Below are positions 57,743 to 64,000 of a DNA stretch of 64,000 nucleotides, in pieces. Under the pieces are notes generated by a model. That model ran no database searches. It was given only the letters and a program-made list of their open reading frames with translations, and had not been told where the DNA came from. The stretch is taken from the sequence record DRR723986_1328. One strand, written 5' to 3'. The position numbers and the translations under genes were made by a program. How positions within the stretch are numbered: the first letter of the stretch is position 1; the number at the start of each line of letters is the position of its first letter.

Positions 57743-59701
57743 CTATTTCGCCGGTACGTAATCAGCCCTCTGACCACGTGTGACGATACCAAGATCGTCA
57801 TTTTCCCGCGCGGCACGCAGCCGTTCCTCGGCCTCGTCCGCTTCGCGCTGGCGAGCCCACATTGAGGCGTAAAGACCGTCTCTGGCCAGAAGCTCCTGAT
57901 GGGTGCCGCGCTCGGCAATCTCGCCACCTTCCAGAACGATGATCTGGTCCGCGTTGACCACGGTCGACAGGCGGTGGGCAATCACCAGCGTTGTCCGATC
58001 CTGCGAAACCTCATCCAGCGCCGACTGGATCTCGCGTTCGGTATGTGTATCAAGCGCCGATGTCGCCTCATCGAGGATCAGGATCGGCGGAGATTTCAGG
58101 ATGGTGCGTGCAATCGCAACACGCTGCTTTTCACCGCCCGACAGTTTCAATCCGCGCTCGCCGACTTCCGCGTCATAGCCCTGAGGTAGCCTTTCGATGA
58201 AGTCGTGGATCTGCGCCATGCGCGCAGCCTCCCGCACTTCCTCGTCGCTGGCGTCCGGTCGGCCATAGCGGATGTTGTAGGCAATGGTATCGTTGAAGAG
58301 CACCGTATCCTGCGGAACCATGCCGATGGCCTGACGCACGCTTTCCTGCGTCACGTTTCGGACATCCTGGCCATCGATCTCGACTGAACCGTCGGTGACG
58401 TCGTAAAACCGGAACAGGAGACGGGAGATCGTCGATTTGCCCGCACCGGAGGGACCGACGATGGCGACGGTCTTGCCTGCTGGAACCTCAAAGTCGATCC
58501 CCTTGAGGATCGGCCGGTCGGGATCGTAGTGAAAGCGGACGTCCTTGAACGCAATCTTTCCCTCAACAGCCTTCAACGGGCTGGCGTCGGGCTTGTCCTC
58601 GATTTCGGCGGGAACCATCAGCAGGTCGAACATGGACTCGATATCCGCAAGACCCTGACGGATTTCGCGGTAGAGGAAGCCGATGAAGTTGAGCGGAATG
58701 GAAATCTGCATCAGCAGCGCGTTGATCAGGACAAAGTCGCCGATGTTCTGCTCGCCCGCCAGAACAGCCTGTGCAGACAGCCCCATGCAGGCCGCCATGC
58801 CAATGCCGAGGATAACCGCCTGACCGAAGTTGAGCCAGGAAAGGGACGTCCAGGTTTTCGTCGCGGCGCTCTCATATTTCGCCATGGAGACATCGAAGCG
58901 CGCAGCTTCCATGTTTTCGTTGCCGAAGTACTTGACCGTTTCGAAGTTGAGCAGACTGTCGATGGCCTTGGAGTTGGCATCCGTGTCGCTGTCGTTCATC
59001 TCACGGCGAATGCCGATCCGCCAGTTCGAGGTCTTGATGGTGAACCAGACGTAGGCGACGATCATCACCGCGACGATGACAACATAAAGGAAACCGAACT
59101 GGTACCAGATCACGGCTGCCATGATGGCAAATTCCAGAACCGTCGGAATGCCGTTCAAGATGGTGAAGCGGACAATCGCTTCTATGCCCTTCACCCCGCG
59201 CTCAATCACACGGCTGAGCCCACCCGTCCGCCGGGCAAGGTGGAAACGCAGGGAAAGCTGGTGCAGGTGGCGGAATGTCAGGATTGCGAGCTGGCGTACG
59301 GCATGCTGGCCGACCCGGGCAAACAGCGCATCACGCAGCTGGTTGAAAGCCACTGCCAATACGCGGGCTGCATTATAGGCAAGCACCAGCATGACCGGAG
59401 CTACCAGGAAAGCAGGCAGGTTGGAGCCTTCACCCGTCAGTGCATCCGTCGCCCAGGCGAAAAAATACGGCGACAGGACCGTCACGATCTTGGCAATGAT
59501 CAGTGCGAAAATGGCCAGAAGCACGCGCTGCTTGAGATCCGGCCTATTAGACGGCCAGATGTAGGGCCACAGGTTGGCCAGCGTCGTGAAGGTGCTGCCT
59601 TCGTCTGCGTTGACAGGCTTGCGGATGTGCGCTTGAGCGGAATGGCTGCCGGCAGCCGCAGCCGAAGGCTTTTGCGGCGGGGTCGCTGTCTGATCGGTCA
59701 C
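57743..59701 (-). CDS. atm1: ABCB-family exporter, Atm1/ABCB7/HMT1-like
   Basis: LSLRFHLARRTGGLSRVIERG, DSLLNFETVKYF, PLNFIGFLYREI, GPSGAGKST, LSGGEKQR. Confidence 0.9.
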   Translation of the reverse strand: MTDQTATPPQKPSAAAAGSHSAQAHIRKPVNADEGSTFTTLANLWPYIWPSNRPDLKQRVLLAIFALIIAKIVTVLSPYFFAWATDALTGEGSNLPAFLVAPVMLVLAYNAARVLAVAFNQLRDALFARVGQHAVRQLAILTFRHLHQLSLRFHLARRTGGLSRVIERGVKGIEAIVRFTILNGIPTVLEFAIMAAVIWYQFGFLYVVIVAVMIVAYVWFTIKTSNWRIGIRREMNDSDTDANSKAIDSLLNFETVKYFGNENMEAARFDVSMAKYESAATKTWTSLSWLNFGQAVILGIGMAACMGLSAQAVLAGEQNIGDFVLINALLMQISIPLNFIGFLYREIRQGLADIESMFDLLMVPAEIEDKPDASPLKAVEGKIAFKDVRFHYDPDRPILKGIDFEVPAGKTVAIVGPSGAGKSTISRLLFRFYDVTDGSVEIDGQDVRNVTQESVRQAIGMVPQDTVLFNDTIAYNIRYGRPDASDEEVREAARMAQIHDFIERLPQGYDAEVGERGLKLSGGEKQRVAIARTILKSPPILILDEATSALDTHTEREIQSALDEVSQDRTTLVIAHRLSTVVNADQIIVLEGGEIAERGTHQELLARDGLYASMWARQREADEAEERLRAARENDDLGIVTRGQRADYVPAK

Positions 59702-59737
59702 ACAAAATCTCCAGGCCGCGGAAGGCGGCCACTTGGG

Positions 59738-60136
59738 TTAGTCTGAAGCGGAAACCACTTGCGCACCGGCTGACTGTCCTGACTGGTCCGGCTGCGCCGC
59801 GTTCAGGCGCTCCCAGAAGTCCTTGGTCCGGCACTCTGCCAGACTGAGCACTTGCCAATTGAGCGCGTAGTGGCAATTCCTGCCCCGCGTGTCGCAGCAC
59901 AAGAGCCCGGCGTCCTTCAAAACCTGCAAATGCTGAGACACGGTCGACTGAGCCAACGGCAGGTGACTGACGATCTCACCGCAGCAGGCGCCCTGACGGC
60001 TTGCGAGCTGCTTGATGATTGCCAGCCGGGCCGGATGTCCAAGTGCACGGAAGATAGCCGCGAGTTCCTCGCAACTTGCCAGACCTTCCTTGGAGGTCAT
60101 GCAATTTCCACCGGCCGGCAGATCCGTCCCGCTCAT
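59738..60136 (-). CDS. ArsR/SmtB-family metalloregulator
   Basis: FRALGHPARLAI, ACCGEIV, LAQSTVSQHLQVLKDAGL. Confidence 0.9.
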   Translation of the reverse strand: MSGTDLPAGGNCMTSKEGLASCEELAAIFRALGHPARLAIIKQLASRQGACCGEIVSHLPLAQSTVSQHLQVLKDAGLLCCDTRGRNCHYALNWQVLSLAECRTKDFWERLNAAQPDQSGQSAGAQVVSASD

Positions 60137-60166
60137 GGGGCGGTTTCCTCATTCACGATTGTTTGT

Positions 60167-60188
60167 TTCATCGTTGATATGCGATGAA
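60167..60188. promoter_or_regulatory. Putative ArsR operator
   Basis: TTCATCG-N8-CGATGAA about 30 nt upstream of the arsR start. Confidence 0.6.
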
Positions 60189-60213
60189 TCATCAAAAAAA
60201 CAAGGGGCTGATG

Positions 60214-60248
60214 CAAAAAGGCGGAGGATCATTCCGATCCCCTGCCTT
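60214..60248 (-). terminator. Terminator downstream of the LysM gene
   Basis: AAGGCGGAGGATC-attcc-GATCCCCTGCCTT with an A run on the left (U tract on the minus strand). Confidence 0.55.
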
Positions 60249-60380
60249 CATTTTTGATATTCGACCAAGGCGTAAATGACAGAGATAAGCAGCGCCAACA
60301 GCCGAGAATTTTATAAATGCCCATGGCCGTTTTCAGACGTGCCGACAACGCCCGATTTGCCGACAGAGGCCAGTGTCACC

Positions 60381-61976
60381 TCAGCCGTTGTTTTCGTCTG
60401 GTTTCGGCCAGCTCAGATCGCCTTCTGGTGTCAGGAACACTTGCCCCGGGTAAATCAGATCAGGATTGCGGATCTGTTGCTGGTTGGCCTTGTAGATCGT
60501 CGTATAGCGAACGCCCTCTCCATAAAGACGCCGGGAGATCCGCCACAGGTTATCCCCCTTGCGGATGATAACGACGGGAAGAGACTTTTTCACTTCCGCG
60601 CCCTGGCCATCGGCTCCAGCACCCTCACCGCTTGCGACGACCTTGGTCAGCACAATCTGCTTGTCCTGTTCCTTTTCAAAGGTAACGGCTGCACGGGCGT
60701 CGACCGAACTGCCATCCTCACCGATCAAATCGGCGCGAACCTCGACATTTCCTTCAGAAATATTCTTGCCGCCTTCAATCAGCCACTTCCCGCCCGAACC
60801 GACCTTAGCCTCGCCCTGAAACTCGTCGCCGACGTAGACACGAACCGATGACCCAGGTTCGCCGGTACCGGCGACAAAGACCTTGTCCTTTTCGGATTCC
60901 ACGGCTTCCACGGTCACCGTCGGCGCATCCGGTGCTGCTGCAGGAACATCAGCCGGTTCATTCTGGCCGGCTTGCGCAACGTCTGCGCCACTGTTCTGTG
61001 TCGCTACAGCTGCCGGCGCTGCCCCTGATGACGTCGAAGCCACTTCGGTTTCCGCTGAAGCCGCCTGTCCGGATGCTTCAGCCGTTGAAACGGCGGCCCC
61101 GTTGCCGGCCGTTTCCGGCTCTGCGGTGCCTGTTGCAGATGAAGTCATGTCAGCAGACGCAACTTCGGTCTGCTCAGAGGTACCGGCGGGCTGCTCGCTC
61201 GTCTCCCGGGAGGCCGTCTGCTGGCTTGCAGAGGTCCCTGCGGCGGGTTCCGCAGCAGCAGTTTCAGTTGCGGACGTCGACCCGGAGGCCTCGGTGGCGG
61301 TGCCTTCTGCAGGATTGGTTGTCGCAGCTGTTTGCGAACCTTCGCCAGTCGAAGTGATGGAAGCCACCTGCTGCTCGGCCTCAGGCTTTTGCAAGACGTC
61401 CGACGGACCGTCAGGCGTATTCAGAACCACAAGGGGCTGTTCCTTGCCGCCTTCCGGTAGTGAAACGGCAAGCCGTTCTTCGGACGTGGCAATCGCTTTG
61501 CCGGTATCGTCATGAACTTCCAGGCCAACATCATAGTCGCCCGGCTTCAACGGCTCATCCAGAATGATGGTCCATTCACCGACCTCATTGGCAATGCTCT
61601 TGCCGACAACCTTGCCGTTGGCAGTCAAGGCAACGATAGCGCCTGCGACAGACCGGCCCGCAACGACCGTTTCACCGGTCGGCTCAACGCCGACAACGTC
61701 AAAACTTGGGCCTGCGCTTGCCGTTTCCGCGGCAGGCGCCTCATCTGACGCATCAGCCTTATCTGTTTCTGCGGATTGCGTCTTTGTGCCTGTATCAGAG
61801 CCTGCAGCCTGTTCGGTCGTGGCAGTGTCGCCGGAGACCGATGGCGTTGCGGCAACTTCGGGACCGCTCTGGAAAGGCAGACGCCCCGTATCGCGATAGA
61901 TGTAGCCCGTCACGAGAGCGGCCAGCCCAACAGGCACGGCTACGATCAAAGTCCAGATGAGTGTCTTGTTATTCAT
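60381..61976 (-). CDS. Membrane-anchored LysM protein with two Ig-like domains and a long low-complexity linker
   Basis: N-terminal TM; PSFDVVGVEPTG and VFVAGTGEPG beta domains; C-terminal IRKGDNLWRISRRLYG...IRNPDLIYPGQ. Confidence 0.88.
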   Translation of the reverse strand: MNNKTLIWTLIVAVPVGLAALVTGYIYRDTGRLPFQSGPEVAATPSVSGDTATTEQAAGSDTGTKTQSAETDKADASDEAPAAETASAGPSFDVVGVEPTGETVVAGRSVAGAIVALTANGKVVGKSIANEVGEWTIILDEPLKPGDYDVGLEVHDDTGKAIATSEERLAVSLPEGGKEQPLVVLNTPDGPSDVLQKPEAEQQVASITSTGEGSQTAATTNPAEGTATEASGSTSATETAAAEPAAGTSASQQTASRETSEQPAGTSEQTEVASADMTSSATGTAEPETAGNGAAVSTAEASGQAASAETEVASTSSGAAPAAVATQNSGADVAQAGQNEPADVPAAAPDAPTVTVEAVESEKDKVFVAGTGEPGSSVRVYVGDEFQGEAKVGSGGKWLIEGGKNISEGNVEVRADLIGEDGSSVDARAAVTFEKEQDKQIVLTKVVASGEGAGADGQGAEVKKSLPVVIIRKGDNLWRISRRLYGEGVRYTTIYKANQQQIRNPDLIYPGQVFLTPEGDLSWPKPDENNG

Positions 61977-62237
61977 TGTGTGTCCTGCCGGGAAAGCAGC
62001 CAGGCGATGCGGCGCTTTCCAAATCCGTTCCCCTGTTTGCGCCCTATCGGGTGCTGCCTGTCTCAGCCGAACTCCTGACCTTGATGGCCATGTTTCCTTT
62101 GCCGTCGGCTCTTCTTCAGATCGTGGTTCATGCATAGCCGTCTTTTCCAGGCGCGGCAAGAAAACCCGGTTCAGAACCAAGGCCTTTCAAACAGAATGCT
62201 TGACCTTGTGGCAATCTGAATGCCACATCTTTGCGTC

Positions 62238-62855
62238 ATGAATACGGTTTCTCAAAATCAGCTTACAAGCGTCTGTGTTTACTGCGGGTCCAGCTTCGGT
62301 TCAGACCCTGCACACGAGGCGTCCGCCACCCGTCTGGGCCAGCTAATTGCCGAGGCTGGCCTTCGACTTGTCTATGGCGGCGGCTCTGTCGGTCTGATGG
62401 GAACCGTGGCCAATGCCGCCCTCGAAGCCGGCGGCAAAGTGACGGGAATCATTCCGCGTTTCCTGGAAAAACGCGAGGTGATGCTGGACACCCTCGAAGA
62501 CCTGATCGTCACGCAGGACATGCACGAGCGCAAACACCTGATGTTCGAGAAAGCTGACGCCTTCATCGCGTTGCCCGGCGGTATCGGCACCCTGGAAGAA
62601 GCCGTCGAAATGATGACCTGGGCCCAACTCGGACAACACCGCAAGCCGGTGGCACTGGCCAACCTCAACGGCTTCTGGTCGCCTTTGCTGGAACTTCTGG
62701 ATCATATGCGGTCACAGGGATACATCCGTCCGGACACTGAAGTTCCCTATCTTGTTGCCCGATCCGTGGACGATATCCTGCCCATGCTGCGCCGCGCGAT
62801 CAACGGTGAACCCCTGCCGGCACAAGAAGCATGCGCCTCGGTAACAGATCTCTAA
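62238..62855 (+). CDS. LOG-family (TIGR00730) phosphoribohydrolase
   Basis: VCVYCGSS, LVYGGG..GLMG, MHERK, LPGGIGTLEE. Confidence 0.92.
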   Translation: MNTVSQNQLTSVCVYCGSSFGSDPAHEASATRLGQLIAEAGLRLVYGGGSVGLMGTVANAALEAGGKVTGIIPRFLEKREVMLDTLEDLIVTQDMHERKHLMFEKADAFIALPGGIGTLEEAVEMMTWAQLGQHRKPVALANLNGFWSPLLELLDHMRSQGYIRPDTEVPYLVARSVDDILPMLRRAINGEPLPAQEACASVTDL

Positions 62856-62980
62856 AACTCTACTGAGTATAGAGGTTGGGAATACGTTCCCATGACTGTG
62901 AATATTGGAACCAAATCGATTTGCAGTCTGTGGAGTTGAATAGTACCGTCGCACGAAACGCAGGAAGAACAGGCCACTAA

Positions 62981-64000
62981 ATGCAAACTACCCTTCTTGT
63001 TGAAGATGCGGCGTTTTTCGAGAAGGCAATCGTCAAGAAACTGCATGAGGTCGGCCGTCACCAGATCATGGTGGCACGTAGCTACGAAGAGGCAGAGAAC
63101 TGCCTCAATCTGCCTATCGGTGAACCTGACCTTGCTCTTGTCGACCTGACCCTTCCAGACGCCCCCGACGGCGAAATCGTCGATCTTTGCGAGAAGTGGA
63201 ATATTCCCACGATCGTCTTCACCAGCCGCTTCGACCCGAAAACCCGAAGCAAGTTCCTGGAAAAAGGCGTTATTGACTACGTCCTGAAGGATTCTCCCGG
63301 CAGCCTGAACTATGTTGCGGACCTGATCCGGAAACTGGCGCAGAACCCCAAGATCGGCATTCTCATTCTGGACGATTCCGCGGTGGAGCGGGACGTGATC
63401 TCCAAGATCGTCGGCAAGCACCTATACAAGATCTATCAGGCCAGCTCTACGGACGAAGCCCTCCAGACCCTGAAGGATTACAAGGACATCAAACTTGTCC
63501 TGGCGGACTATTTCATGCCGGACAAGGACGGCTTTGCCTTTCTGAAAGCCGTTCGCAGAGTGCATGACCCGGAGAAAGTCGGCGTCATCGGCATGTCGTC
63601 CTATGCCAATCCGGACAACCGGGTGCGGTTCCTGAAATACGGTGCAGCGGATTTCGTCGACAAGAACTGCCCTCCGGAAGAGCTGCTGCTGCGCGTGTCG
63701 CAGAACCTCGATTACATCTACCGGATCGAGGAACTCAACAACATGGCGATGCGGGACTCCCTTACGGGTCTCTACAACCGCCGTTACCTTCTGGAACAGG
63801 CCACCAAGGCAATCGCGACCTGGCCGGGTTCCGAAGGACGTGCGCATTGGCTCGCGCTCCTCGACCTGGACTCCTTCAAGGCAATCAACGATTCACTCGG
63901 CCACGATTTCGGCGATGCGGTTCTGATCAGTTTTGCCCGCCACATGATGAAGCTCGCAAAGGAAGACGATATCGTCTCGCGGCTCGGCGGCGACGAATTC
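62981..64000 (+). CDS. Response-regulator diguanylate cyclase, REC-REC-GGDEF (3' truncated; absent from ORF track)
   Basis: Hand translation: MQTTLLVED...LVDLTLPD...DYVLK; ILDDS...LADYFMPDKDG...DFVDK; RDSLTGLYNRR, LDLDSFKAINDSLGHDFGD, RLGGDEF at the window edge. Confidence 0.92.
   Translation, partial: MQTTLLVEDAAFFEKAIVKKLHEVGRHQIMVARSYEEAENCLNLPIGEPDLALVDLTLPDAPDGEIVDLCEKWNIPTIVFTSRFDPKTRSKFLEKGVIDYVLKDSPGSLNYVADLIRKLAQNPKIGILILDDSAVERDVISKIVGKHLYKIYQASSTDEALQTLKDYKDIKLVLADYFMPDKDGFAFLKAVRRVHDPEKVGVIGMSSYANPDNRVRFLKYGAADFVDKNCPPEELLLRVSQNLDYIYRIEELNNMAMRDSLTGLYNRRYLLEQATKAIATWPGSEGRAHWLALLDLDSFKAINDSLGHDFGDAVLISFARHMMKLAKEDDIVSRLGGDEF

Noticed and set aside
60248-60324. Possible frameshifted 25-aa membrane peptide on the minus strand (MGIYKILG + LLALLISVIYALVEYQK)
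   Set aside because: Needs a hypothetical 1-bp insertion, has no RBS, and its stop abuts a terminator; not supportable without homologs
62877-62892. TGGGAA-tacg-TTCCCA hairpin upstream of the cyclase, considered as part of a c-di-GMP riboswitch
   Set aside because: Only one 6-bp stem; no second stem or other riboswitch features visible
62852-63847. Two minus-strand ORFs (189 and 141 aa) in the ORF track
   Set aside because: They are antisense to the plus-strand REC-REC-GGDEF gene, which the track missed because it has no stop codon in the window

Overview
GC-rich alphaproteobacterial chromosome segment. Gene order and protein style suggest Hyphomicrobiales, probably Roseibium/Labrenzia-like (inference). 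Most of it is conserved housekeeping synteny: holC-pepA / lptFG-lptD-surA-pdxA-rsmA; fabD-fabG-acpP-fabF-mltG-yicC-gmk; rpsF-rpsR-rplI-dnaB-alr-radA-cvpA-purF; yfgM-bamB-der; znuC-znuB-zur; padR-RND efflux; LOG-lysM-atm1-psd-pssA. It ends in a truncated REC-REC-GGDEF diguanylate cyclase that the ORF track missed. No rRNA, tRNA, CRISPR array, integrase or transposase was seen. Most notable observations: (1) an unannotated 38-codon ORF (5481-5597) with its own RBS and terminator, encoding a signal-peptide-like leader followed only by CQTYKTC, a candidate secreted disulfide-looped micropeptide; (2) an AT-rich two-gene islet (about 530-2110) of unknown function; (3) three perfect CtrA-type TTAA-N7-TTAA boxes upstream of dnaB (with a dense GANTC cluster), a lone PilZ gene and a cluster of small unknown membrane genes; (4) a Cys-rich ArsR placed directly ahead of an Atm1-type exporter; (5) two LysR/small-protein divergent cassettes inserted in core gene blocks. 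Functional calls come from motif recognition only; no database searches were run.
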